From: a virus | Taxonomy: Duplodnaviria; Caudoviricetes | Length of the DNA stretch: 56,311 nucleotides | Virus record (IMG/VR): IMGVR_UViG_3300021420_000314 | Coordinates: 1-56,311 of that record | Strand: one strand, 5' to 3' | In this document: positions 29,096 to 37,875 of the stretch, one piece after another | Layout: each line of letters begins with the position of its first letter | Position numbering within the stretch: the first letter of the stretch is position 1 | Notes under the pieces: model-generated | Seen by the model: only the letters and a program-made list of their open reading frames with translations | The model's database searches: none | Told to the model about the DNA's origin: nothing | Position numbers and translations under genes: made by a program

Positions 29096-30691
29096 GTGTC
29101 AGCTTTCCAGACAACCGATGGACCTATTTGCCCGCGCTGTAAGACGCGCCGCATGACCAAAGCCAACAAGACCAAGGCCGGCAAGCAGCGTTGGGAGTGC
29201 AAGAAGCTGCATGGCAGGGGCAAGGGCTCTACCTACTGCTACTCCACAGTGAACCCGGCCCTACCGTCACGCTCGCGGTCCAACCAGACTACTGAACAGC
29301 TCGTCTTCAAGCGAAAGCTCGAAGAGACCAAGCGGTACATCATCACGGCCGCGCAGAACGCGACGCCCGTACATCTCCATTTTATGGAGACGTTAAAAAA
29401 CGCATCAAAAAAATTAAGCGCAAATTTGGTCATCATTCCTCTGCGCTACCAGAATCCGACCTCGGTCTGGTCTAAGCGCATGGACAACCAGGAGTGGTGG
29501 GCGCCCGAGGTGCTGCCGTACCTGCACAACCAGCGGCTGGTGATCAATGAAAACCTCATGGTGCTGGGTGATATCAAAACGGTTCCTACGGCTAGCAGCC
29601 CCCTCACTGGGTTCGATGTTATCTCCGGGCTTAGGAGCGCCATACTTGGGCATGCCAAAGTACAGCTGCGTACAATTGCGACACCCCAGAACAAGATGGC
29701 AAAGATTCTTACGACGACCGGGGTCTGTACGAAAGCAAACTACACAGACAGTCGAGCCGGCAAGCTGGGTGAGTTCCACCACTCCCTCTCGGCTGTCATC
29801 GTGGAAGTCCAGGGCAAGATCTTTCACCTACGTCATGTGCACGCCGATAAGACGACTGGTGAGTTCACTGACTTGGAAACTCGCTATGCGCCGGATGGGT
29901 CGCGCCGCGCTGAGCGTCCCCTGGCATTGGTGATGGGAGATACGCATGTTGACTTCATCGATCCTAAAGTGGAGCGCGCAACCTTTGCTGATGGCGGGAT
30001 GGTGGATGTCCTTCGGCCTAAGACCCTCGTGTGGCACGACCTACTTGATGCGTACTCTGTCAACCCGCATCACTACGGAAATCCGTTTGCGTCGGTCGCC
30101 AAGCGAACGTCTGGACGTGACAATGCAAGAGCCGAGGTCCTGCGCGCGATCCGGTTTGTCGAAGCGCATGCTCCTCGGGGTACTGATTCGGTAATAGTCG
30201 CGAGCAACCACGATGACTTCCTGCGCCGCTGGATCTGCTCGGCCGACTGGAAACAGGACCCAACCAATGCAGAGTTCTACCTTGAGACGGCACTGGCGAT
30301 GGTTCGTGGGACGCGCCTTGGTCCTGGCGGTACGGAATACCCGTCACCATTCCCTTACTGGGTGTCCCGACTCAGCCGATCTGGCATTCGATGTCTGGCT
30401 GGCCGGGAGCCGTACGTGCTCGGTCAAGTCGAGCTGGGAATGCACGGAGACCGAGGGCCAAATGGCGCTCGGGGGTCCATCCGAAACCTACGGAGGATTG
30501 GGGTCCGGAGTATTATCGGGCACACTCATTCACCGGGCATTGACGAGGGCTGCTACCAGGTTGGCACGTCTACGGCCCTATCACTAGAGTACAACTCTGG
30601 TCCTAGCGGCTGGCTCAATACACACTGTATACTGCACGCCGATGGGAAGCGGCAGCTGATCAACATCATCAACGGAGAGTGGCGACTATGA
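29096..30691 (+). CDS. T5 A1-like metallophosphoesterase/nuclease with N-terminal zinc ribbon
   Basis: YIITAAQNAT, TTGVCTKANY..AGKLGEFHH, GDTH, SNHD, HGDRGPNGARGS, GHTHS, YQVG, SGWLNTH...GKRQLI...GEW recall the T5 A1 family; CPRC...C...C at the N-terminus. Confidence 0.78.
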   Translation: MSAFQTTDGPICPRCKTRRMTKANKTKAGKQRWECKKLHGRGKGSTYCYSTVNPALPSRSRSNQTTEQLVFKRKLEETKRYIITAAQNATPVHLHFMETLKNASKKLSANLVIIPLRYQNPTSVWSKRMDNQEWWAPEVLPYLHNQRLVINENLMVLGDIKTVPTASSPLTGFDVISGLRSAILGHAKVQLRTIATPQNKMAKILTTTGVCTKANYTDSRAGKLGEFHHSLSAVIVEVQGKIFHLRHVHADKTTGEFTDLETRYAPDGSRRAERPLALVMGDTHVDFIDPKVERATFADGGMVDVLRPKTLVWHDLLDAYSVNPHHYGNPFASVAKRTSGRDNARAEVLRAIRFVEAHAPRGTDSVIVASNHDDFLRRWICSADWKQDPTNAEFYLETALAMVRGTRLGPGGTEYPSPFPYWVSRLSRSGIRCLAGREPYVLGQVELGMHGDRGPNGARGSIRNLRRIGVRSIIGHTHSPGIDEGCYQVGTSTALSLEYNSGPSGWLNTHCILHADGKRQLINIINGEWRL

Positions 30692-30873
30692 AATCGGATG
30701 TGATTATCGGGACTGTACTGCTTACCTTGTTCGCAGCTGCGGTCTTGGGTATGGTCATACTCATGACCAACATCGTGACGCTGAATGCCGTCAGACACGA
30801 GTGCAATCTCTACGGCAAGACTGACCTCAGCGGCTACGTCTTCAACTGCAAGGCAGCCGATGCCGTACATTGA
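30688..30873 (+). CDS. Small membrane protein
   Basis: One transmembrane helix; ATGA-coupled. Confidence 0.5.
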   Translation: MKSDVIIGTVLLTLFAAAVLGMVILMTNIVTLNAVRHECNLYGKTDLSGYVFNCKAADAVH

Positions 30874-31111
30874 CAAAGCCGCGCGTGAGCGGGTGGCCCG
30901 CGAGGGTCCTTCGTCCGCTGGCGAACTGAACTACGAGATCACCCAGCTGCTGAACCGTTACGTCGGGCCCGCGCAGTCGTACGCCAAGTACAACGAGGTG
31001 ATTGGTGTGCTGGAGTGCGCGAAGATGGAGTTCTATCGCCGCGCCGTGGCGCCCTACGAGAACCTGAAGTGCAAGGAGAACGGTGATGTCTATCGTCCCA
31101 CTCGGAAATAA
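30860..31111 (+). CDS. Conserved small phage protein (DUF6899-like)
   Basis: MPYI, GELNY, GVLECAKMEFYRRAVAPYE, NGDVY. Confidence 0.75.
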   Translation: MPYIDKAARERVAREGPSSAGELNYEITQLLNRYVGPAQSYAKYNEVIGVLECAKMEFYRRAVAPYENLKCKENGDVYRPTRK

Positions 31112-31589
31112 GAGCAAGGTCAAGCTCGTCCTGCTCATCGCAGTCGCCGTGTTCCTCGGCGGCTTCTTCATCAAGAAGTGCCAGGGCGCAGAGCGCATGG
31201 ACTTCGTAGCCGGCAGCGCCGTGGTGCGAGGCCCGGCAGGCGCGTTCGGTCTGAACGTATGCGAGGTGAAAGCCATCGCAAATTTCGCCGATCTGTGTGG
31301 CGGATTCCTGCTCGTCGGAGACTCAACATGGCAGGGCGCGTACAGTGGGTACCAAGCCATCGTCCACGGTCAGGTAGTAGCCCACACGTGGGGCGGCTTC
31401 GAGCTTGGCATCGGCGTGGCCCACCTGCAGCACGCTGATGCATACAACAGCGGGGACATCGACTTCTCGCTGTCCCTGCAGCGCCGCGTCTACAAGAACT
31501 TTTACCTGCGGTACCAGCACTTCTCAAACGCAGGGACCAGCTCGCCCAACCAAGGGCGAGACATCATCGGAGGCGCGTGGCGATGGTAA
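31086..31589 (+). CDS. pagL: PagL-like lipid A 3-O-deacylase (outer-membrane beta barrel)
   Basis: Signal-peptide-like N-terminus, amphipathic beta strands, YQHFSNAGTSSPNQGRD (His-Ser-acid triad spacing of PagL), terminal aromatic residue. Confidence 0.75.
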   Translation: MSIVPLGNKSKVKLVLLIAVAVFLGGFFIKKCQGAERMDFVAGSAVVRGPAGAFGLNVCEVKAIANFADLCGGFLLVGDSTWQGAYSGYQAIVHGQVVAHTWGGFELGIGVAHLQHADAYNSGDIDFSLSLQRRVYKNFYLRYQHFSNAGTSSPNQGRDIIGGAWRW

Positions 31590-32035
31590 CCAAGTACTAT
31601 CTGGCCGGCCCGATGTCGGGCATTCCTCAGTACAACTTCCCGCTGTTCCACGAGGTGGCTCGGCTGCTTCGTGGGCAGGGCTTCACGATCGTAAGTCCCG
31701 CGGAGCAGGACTCCCCCGCCGTGCAGAAGGCTGCGATGGCGAGCAAGGACGGCAAGCTGGTTGGCAAGGACAACCGCGTCGAGGGCACCAAGGAAACCTG
31801 GGGCGACATCCTGTCCAAGGACGTGAAGCTCGTCGCCGATGGGGTGGATGGGATCATCCTCCTTCCCGGGTGGCAGAGCTCGAGGGGCGCGTGCCTCGAA
31901 GTGACGGTCGGCCTGCTCGTGGACAAGCGGCCGTTCAGGTTCTTCCGATGGGACACCGATGACAGCGAGGCAGTCCCGATGTCCAAGCTGACGATCACCC
32001 TGCAGGTTCACGACGCGCTGGTGAACAGGCTGTGA
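31583..32035 (+). CDS. DUF4406 / nucleoside 2-deoxyribosyltransferase-like protein
   Basis: YLAGPMSG.PQYNFPLF, SPAE, ILLPGWQSSRGACLE. Confidence 0.85.
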   Translation: MVTKYYLAGPMSGIPQYNFPLFHEVARLLRGQGFTIVSPAEQDSPAVQKAAMASKDGKLVGKDNRVEGTKETWGDILSKDVKLVADGVDGIILLPGWQSSRGACLEVTVGLLVDKRPFRFFRWDTDDSEAVPMSKLTITLQVHDALVNRL

Positions 32036-32697
32036 AACCTCGTGACAGTAAACTTACGAACCCCAAGGATGCGATTGGATCCGATAAGCTCCCGCTGCAT
32101 CTCGTGCCAGACACCCTCGTGGTGTTCGCGTCACTTGGATTCCTTGAGGGTGCGCTTAAGTACGGTCAGTACAACTGGCGTGTGGCGGGGGTCAGGCTGT
32201 CCATATATTGGTCTGCTCTCGAACGTCATCGGATCAAGTTCTGTGCAGGCGAATGGTGCGACCCAACAACTCAGGTACCTCACCTTGCTTCCATGGTGGC
32301 TTGCCTGGCGATTATCCTGGATGCACACGTCAAGGGTAAGCTACGCGATGATCGCCCGCCCGCAAACCTTGCGCTGTCGAAGCTGATCGACGGCCTTACA
32401 CAGCAGGTTAAGGACCTCAAGGTGCTCTTTAAGGATCACCATCCGCACCAGTACACAAGGGATGACGACGATGGCACTGACACCCGAAGGGCGCGTAAAG
32501 GAACAGGTAGACGGCCTGCTAAAGCAGCACGACGCGTACTACCTAAAGCCCGTGCAGAACGGGATGGGCTCTCCAGCGCTGGACTATCACGGGTGTCACA
32601 AGGGCTTCGCGTTCGTCGTCGAGACGAAGAAGCCGGGCGGTCTACCCACGACACGACAAACCGCCACCGCCCGGGCGATACACGCTCGTGGTGGTAG
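32032..32697 (+). CDS. DUF5664 dATP/dGTP diphosphohydrolase-domain protein
   Basis: TNPKDAIG..K.PL.LVP, GALKYG.YNWR..GV, HLA...ACLAIILDA, DDRP. Confidence 0.85.
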   Translation: MKPRDSKLTNPKDAIGSDKLPLHLVPDTLVVFASLGFLEGALKYGQYNWRVAGVRLSIYWSALERHRIKFCAGEWCDPTTQVPHLASMVACLAIILDAHVKGKLRDDRPPANLALSKLIDGLTQQVKDLKVLFKDHHPHQYTRDDDDGTDTRRARKGTGRRPAKAARRVLPKARAERDGLSSAGLSRVSQGLRVRRRDEEAGRSTHDTTNRHRPGDTRSWW

Positions 32698-32800
32698 CAT
32701 CTTCCTGGTCAACAGCTTCGATAGCCTGATGCGGCTTCAGAACTGGCTGCACTTTCCTGTGATCGGCTTCGACGGTTGGATATGGATGGAGGATAAGTAA
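32471..32800 (+). CDS. VRR-NUC nuclease / Holliday junction resolvase
   Basis: MALTPEGRVK, D...C..G....VETK, T.RQ. Confidence 0.82.
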   Translation: MALTPEGRVKEQVDGLLKQHDAYYLKPVQNGMGSPALDYHGCHKGFAFVVETKKPGGLPTTRQTATARAIHARGGSIFLVNSFDSLMRLQNWLHFPVIGFDGWIWMEDK

Positions 32801-33177
32801 TGTCAGTGCCACCGCCTGATTGGAACCTGTATCCAGCCGTGCTCCAGAGATACGAGGACATGAAGCGAGGACAAATGCCAGCACCAGCACCAGCACCTCC
32901 GCCTCCATGGACAAGAGCCATGGAGGATCTGATGCGGGCACAGGACGTGAGCATGTACGACATGAACTACGACCGGCCGAAATCCATCGAGAAGATCGCC
33001 GAAGAGCTGCGCTCCGCGGCCGAGTGGCACGCGGCCATGATGAAGGTCGTTGACTACGTGACCGCGCAGATGTCGCTCGATATGTTCAAAGACGATCCCA
33101 AGGCGAAGGCGCTCTACGAGCGCATCCTGCGTTACGGGGTCACACACGTTCTCAAGAAAGAAAAGGACGCGAAGTGA
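32800..33177 (+). CDS. Hypothetical protein
   Basis: 125-aa coupled ORF. Confidence 0.55.
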   Translation: MSVPPPDWNLYPAVLQRYEDMKRGQMPAPAPAPPPPWTRAMEDLMRAQDVSMYDMNYDRPKSIEKIAEELRSAAEWHAAMMKVVDYVTAQMSLDMFKDDPKAKALYERILRYGVTHVLKKEKDAK

Positions 33178-33410
33178 AATATATTTTGCTCGTTAGCACT
33201 CTGGCCCTGGCCGGTTGTGCATCGAGTGGTCTCTACACCATGTCGGATGACTGGTGCAGTGCGCACCCCGAGGCGTCGCCCGCGAGGTGTAACCGCAATC
33301 CGCTGCATGAGGTTGACGTTCAGGGTCATCAGCAATCGTGCGGCGACAACATCATGTACTACGCAGGGGGTACTCCCATCCTCTGCATGCCCATCAGGAG
33401 AGGTGAATGA
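33174..33410 (+). CDS. Small Cys-rich lipoprotein
   Basis: MKYILLVSTLALAG-C lipobox. Confidence 0.65.
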   Translation: MKYILLVSTLALAGCASSGLYTMSDDWCSAHPEASPARCNRNPLHEVDVQGHQQSCGDNIMYYAGGTPILCMPIRRGE

Positions 33411-33949
33411 AGTCTGTAATGATCGACATCGAGACGTTGAGCACGCAGAAGGACGCGATGGTGATCTCCATCGGCGCCGCCGTGTTCGACATGGTTCGGG
33501 GCGTGAGCGACACGTTCCACTGGCGGCTGAAGTTCGGTTGCTGGGAAGGCCACGTGGACCCCAAGACCATCCGCTGGTGGATGGAGCAGTCGCAGGAGGC
33601 CCGCGAGGCGACCTTCCTCGGAGACGATGACCTGCGTGTCGCCTCGCATGAGGTGGCGATCCAGCTGCATGCGCTGACCAAGAACGCCGACGAGGTATGG
33701 GCGAACGATCCGACGTTCGACATAGTGATCCTCCGGGCGTGGTGGGAGAGGCTTGGAGTGCAGGCGCCGTTCCCGATACACTACCGCGCCGAGCGCTCGT
33801 GCCGGACGCTGTTCGCGCTCGCCCGCGAGCGGCAGATTGATCTCACTCCTGCCTTCGTGGGGGTGACTTCACATAACGCAGTCGAGGATGCAGCCGCCCA
33901 AGCACGCGCCGTGATCCTCGCCAAGAAAGGACTGTGGCCGACGTCATGA
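33407..33949 (+). CDS. DEDDh 3'-5' exonuclease (DUF5051/Rv2179c-like)
   Basis: MIDIETL, ISIGAAVF, WAN.PTFD, HNAVEDAAAQA. Confidence 0.85.
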   Translation: MKSVMIDIETLSTQKDAMVISIGAAVFDMVRGVSDTFHWRLKFGCWEGHVDPKTIRWWMEQSQEAREATFLGDDDLRVASHEVAIQLHALTKNADEVWANDPTFDIVILRAWWERLGVQAPFPIHYRAERSCRTLFALARERQIDLTPAFVGVTSHNAVEDAAAQARAVILAKKGLWPTS

Positions 33950-34503
33950 AGTGGAAGTCCCGGAAGACTCGTCGCGCTGAGCGACGAGTTGCATTAGCCA
34001 AGTGGCACATACTTGACTGCCCCAAGTGGCCGGTCGAGGCCACTGCTGCGCGCACCGGGACGCACCCCATGGGCACCGTGATCTGGCTGGAGCCAGTGGC
34101 GTGCCGCATCGATGACGATGGCCTGTACCTCGCGCCGCTCACGATCCTGCTGACGGACCCGTGGGTAGCGGAAGAGGCCGAGCGATACCAGCAGCGGATG
34201 CGAATGGCGCAGGGCTTCGGACAGGCTGGAATCCCAGGGCCGCCCGGCCCGATGGGCCCGATGGGCCCGCCCGGTCAGGCTGGATGGACAATCGGTATGG
34301 GCCATCAGGGTATCGCCGGCAACATGCAGCAGTACGCTCAGCACCAGGCGGCGCAAGCAGGACTCTTCAATCCATTAGGAGGAATCGGTGGTCAAATTTC
34401 CAACCAAGGAACCTGTGCCCCGATGGGAACCCTTCACGGTCCCCTGGTACAGAACAATCAAAACGCGAAGCCACTATCCGTCACTGTACCCAAAACTCCA
34501 TGA
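33946..34503 (+). CDS. Hypothetical protein with short collagen and Gln-rich segments
   Basis: GIPGPPGPMGPMGPPGQAG followed by a Q/G-rich tail. Confidence 0.55.
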   Translation: MKWKSRKTRRAERRVALAKWHILDCPKWPVEATAARTGTHPMGTVIWLEPVACRIDDDGLYLAPLTILLTDPWVAEEAERYQQRMRMAQGFGQAGIPGPPGPMGPMGPPGQAGWTIGMGHQGIAGNMQQYAQHQAAQAGLFNPLGGIGGQISNQGTCAPMGTLHGPLVQNNQNAKPLSVTVPKTP

Positions 34504-34671
34504 CGACCCAGGTGTCATAATCTATCCTGCCGGGACGCTGATCCGCGGCGAACGTGTGGCCCGCGTCCGCATGTGCTACATCAGCGGCGGCGAAGTGATG
34601 CACCAGAACTACTACGGTCCCCTGGCCAACGTGGTGACACAGCAACCGGGCGGCTATGAGCCGTTGATACG

Positions 34672-36216
34672 ATGAAGATCTACCCGGACCACAGAGCTAT
34701 CGTCCTACCCTTCCGGCCAGACATAGAGCAGATCGCGCCCAAGGCGAAGCGCTTCGAGGCGGACGGGCAGTGGTGGCTAGCGCTCCCGCACCGGCTCGAG
34801 ATCGTGCAGCTGCTGCGGAACATGGGCATCGAGGCACCGTCGCCGATCCTGAACTACTACGACTGGAACAAGGGGCACCCGTTTGAATCCCAGAAGATCA
34901 CTGCTGACCTGCTTACAGTCAGCAAGCGTGCGTATGTTCTTTCGGAGATGGGCGTGGGGAAGACTCGGGCAGTGCTATACGCATATGACTACTTGCGATC
35001 CCTGGGAGTGCTCACTCGGCTGCTTGTCGCAGCACCCCTCTCTACTCTCACGACTGTATGGGAGAATGAGATCTTCGAGAACTTTCCTCACCTGGTAACC
35101 GGAGTGTTGTATGGCGATAGGAAAAAAAGAACTCGAGTCCTTGCTCAGCCGGCTGACGTCTACATCATTAACCATGATGGAGTGCAGGTACTTCATAAAG
35201 AATTGTTTGAGCGATCCGATATCAATGGACTTGTTGTCGACGAGCTTGCCGTCTATCGGAATTCGCGTTCTGCTCGCTGGCGCTTCATGCGGCCAATTGT
35301 CGAACGATCTGAATATGCTTGGGGCCTTACTGGCGCACCAACTCCCAACGCTCCAACCGATGCCTACGGGCAAGTCAAGCTGCTCACTCCCCGGCGTGTT
35401 GGCTTCACGTTCAAGTCCTTCCGAGACGCCACCATGCGGCAGGTCACTACATTTAAGTGGGTACCCCGTAAGGACGCCCTCGATCACGTCCACACCGCTA
35501 TGCAGCCAGCCGTTAGATTCACACGTGAGGAGTGCTTCGACCTCCCTGAGACTACATACTCCACCCGAGCAGTCGCCCTTGGAGCTGCAACTCAAGCAGC
35601 GTACAAAAAGATGCTCAATGAATTCCAAGTCCAGATCCGACGGAAAGAAATCACGGCCGCGAACGAAGGCGTGAAGCTCGGCAAGCTACTCCAGCTCAGC
35701 GCCGGCTTCGCATACGACTCGCAGGGGCAGGGGCAGTACATCGGCGGCGTGGAACGGATCAAGGAGATAGTCGCGTGCATCGAGCAGACAGAGCACAAGG
35801 TAATCATCTTCGCTGGCTACAGGTACTTGGTAGAGCTGCTCGGCGGTGTGCTTGGCAAACTCTATACCGTTGGGATGGTGCACGGCGACGTGCCCAAAGG
35901 GCAACGCGACCAGATCTTTATGGCTTTCCAGAAATCTTCAGCTCCGCGGTTGTTGGTCGCACATCCCGGGACCATGGCTCACGGACTGACGCTCACCGAG
36001 GCCGCGACCATTATCTGGGCGTCTCCTCTACCGTCACTGGAAATCTACGAGCAGGCGAACGCCCGCATCACTCGTAGCGGACAGAAGAATAAGACTCACA
36101 TCATTCACATTCAGGCAACCGACGCGGAGAAGCAGGTCTATGACCGACTCAGACGGAAAGCAAAGCTCCAAGGCGCGCTCCTTGAACTCTTCGAGGAAGA
36201 CGGATCCAAACTGTAA
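34672..36216 (+). CDS. SNF2-family (SF2) helicase
   Basis: EMGVGKT, VVDE, LTGAPTPN, HGLTL, QANARITRSGQ. Confidence 0.9.
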   Translation: MKIYPDHRAIVLPFRPDIEQIAPKAKRFEADGQWWLALPHRLEIVQLLRNMGIEAPSPILNYYDWNKGHPFESQKITADLLTVSKRAYVLSEMGVGKTRAVLYAYDYLRSLGVLTRLLVAAPLSTLTTVWENEIFENFPHLVTGVLYGDRKKRTRVLAQPADVYIINHDGVQVLHKELFERSDINGLVVDELAVYRNSRSARWRFMRPIVERSEYAWGLTGAPTPNAPTDAYGQVKLLTPRRVGFTFKSFRDATMRQVTTFKWVPRKDALDHVHTAMQPAVRFTREECFDLPETTYSTRAVALGAATQAAYKKMLNEFQVQIRRKEITAANEGVKLGKLLQLSAGFAYDSQGQGQYIGGVERIKEIVACIEQTEHKVIIFAGYRYLVELLGGVLGKLYTVGMVHGDVPKGQRDQIFMAFQKSSAPRLLVAHPGTMAHGLTLTEAATIIWASPLPSLEIYEQANARITRSGQKNKTHIIHIQATDAEKQVYDRLRRKAKLQGALLELFEEDGSKL

Positions 36217-36219
36217 CTC

Positions 36220-36388
36220 ACCCCCGCTGGCGGGGCCCGCTCAGTCGGGATAGCCAGATGTGGATCAGCCGGCCAGTACCACAATCGCGATAAACCCCGG
36301 CAGTCGGAGCTCGTCGTACTTGCGCTCGCGGCAAAACCTCCCGGCGGGTGATCCGTCCGGCGGGGTCGAAAGGCCCCGTTGTTTCTTA
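36220..36388 (+). ncRNA. Candidate structured RNA element ending in a terminator-like hairpin
   Basis: Nested stems 36253-36361, then CGGGGTC-GAAA-GGCCCCG and TTGTTTCTT. Confidence 0.4.
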
Positions 36389-36406
36389 CATCAACATAGG
36401 AGATAG

Positions 36407-36799
36407 ATGATGGCTATAAAGATGGATGACGCAATCGGTGCGTACCTGAAGCTGCGCACTGCACTGGCGGCACTCAAGGACCAGCACAAGGTCTCTGAGG
36501 GAGAGCTGCAGAGCAAGCTCAATAAGCTCGAAGCGTTCTTTCTGGACTTCCTAAACAAGTCAGGTACTGATAACATCGCCGTCCGCGATGTCGGTACCGT
36601 CTTCAAACAGGATGTGCATAGTGTCAAGATCAACGACTGGGATGCTGCCCTCACCTGGATCAAAGACAACGGCGCCTGGGAATTCCTAGAGAAACGCCTC
36701 GCCAAATCAGCCGTGCAAGACTTCGCTCAATCAACCAACGAACTGCCTCCCGGCGTGGAACTGTCCACGACCGTAGAGGTTCGCATTCGTAAATCGTAG
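36407..36799 (+). CDS. Conserved replication-region protein
   Basis: AGGAG RBS; coiled coil, GTVF, DW....WI, LEKRLAK, LPPGV. Confidence 0.7.
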   Translation: MMAIKMDDAIGAYLKLRTALAALKDQHKVSEGELQSKLNKLEAFFLDFLNKSGTDNIAVRDVGTVFKQDVHSVKINDWDAALTWIKDNGAWEFLEKRLAKSAVQDFAQSTNELPPGVELSTTVEVRIRKS

Positions 36800-36808
36800 G
36801 AGTATTCA

Positions 36809-37873
36809 ATGTCTCAGGAAGTCCAGGTGTTTCAAGAGAACACCTCACTCGCGCCCACCGAAGCGATGAAGGCCCTCGCGGCCACGCAGATGGTGGACGA
36901 TCTCGCCGGCGGTATGTCCGGCAACTACGCCATCGTCTCCATACGTGGGGGCAAGTGGCGCATCAAGTTCCACGGCGACGAGAACCCCATCGTGGATCGC
37001 AACGGCGAGCCGGTGCCCAGTCTCGAGGCTGTGATCATCAAAGCCAACCCGTTCCTCACCAAGCAGTACTTCAAGGGCGGTTACGAAGATGGCGACGCCT
37101 CTGCGCCGGTATGCTACTCGACTGATGGCAAGGTGCCGGCGGCTGGCGCACCTGAGAAGCAACATACCAATTGCGCTCTATGCCCTCAGAACAAGTTCGG
37201 CAGCCGGGTCACAGACACTGGTGTGGAAGTTAAGGCGTGTCAGGACAACCGTAAACTGGCTGTCGTCCCCCTGGCCGACATCGAGAACACCGCGTTTGGT
37301 GGCCCTATGCTGTTCCGTGTCCCCGCCTCGGCCCTCAAGGGCCTGGTTACGCTGGGGCAAACGATGAAGTCCCGCGGCTACCCGTACAACGGCGTGGCTG
37401 TGCGGCTCGGGTTCGACATGGACGTGAGCTACCCCAAGCCGACTTTCAAGGCGATTAGACCGCTGACTGAGGCTGAATTCGCCAAGGTAGCCGAGTTGTA
37501 CAGCTCGGCGGCAGTCGAGCAGGTGCTCGGCGGCGAGGCGGCGGCTTCGGGGGCAACTGCTACTACACCGACTGCCCCGGAACAGGCCAAGGTCGACCCG
37601 GACTTCGAGCAGCCGGTGGCTACTCCCATCCCGGTAGCGACTGCTCCCGCTCCGGTAGCAGCCGCAGCGCCCGCGAAGCCCGCGAAGCCGGCCTCCAAGC
37701 CACGTACGAAGCCCGAGGCGCCCAAGACGAATGGGATCACCCTTGGTGCCGCGGCTCCTGCAGCGACCTCCCAGCCGGCTCCTGTGCAGCCTGTGGCAGC
37801 AGCAAGTCCGGCAGCGACACCGAACCTGCAGGACGACATCTCAAGCATCCTGGCCGAACTCAATGCTGAGTAA
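36809..37873 (+). CDS. Putative ssDNA-binding/annealing protein
   Basis: VSIRGGKW, PVCYSTDG, C..CPQN.FGS, KAC; flexible Ala/Pro tail with an acidic end; between helicase and primase. Confidence 0.65.
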   Translation: MSQEVQVFQENTSLAPTEAMKALAATQMVDDLAGGMSGNYAIVSIRGGKWRIKFHGDENPIVDRNGEPVPSLEAVIIKANPFLTKQYFKGGYEDGDASAPVCYSTDGKVPAAGAPEKQHTNCALCPQNKFGSRVTDTGVEVKACQDNRKLAVVPLADIENTAFGGPMLFRVPASALKGLVTLGQTMKSRGYPYNGVAVRLGFDMDVSYPKPTFKAIRPLTEAEFAKVAELYSSAAVEQVLGGEAAASGATATTPTAPEQAKVDPDFEQPVATPIPVATAPAPVAAAAPAKPAKPASKPRTKPEAPKTNGITLGAAAPAATSQPAPVQPVAAASPAATPNLQDDISSILAELNAE

Positions 37874-37875
37874 CA

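Noticed and set aside
31583-32697. Z-genome (2-aminoadenine) or 7-deazaguanine pathway
   Set aside because: No PurZ, DatZ, FolE, QueC/D/E or DpdA recognised in the window, although part of the genome lies outside it
36232-36378. tRNA/tmRNA-like or c-di-GMP-riboswitch-like appearance (GCTCAGTCGGGATAG; GCAAAACCTCCCGG)
   Set aside because: The D-stem does not close, there is no TTCRA T-loop or CCA end, and the rest of the riboswitch consensus is absent
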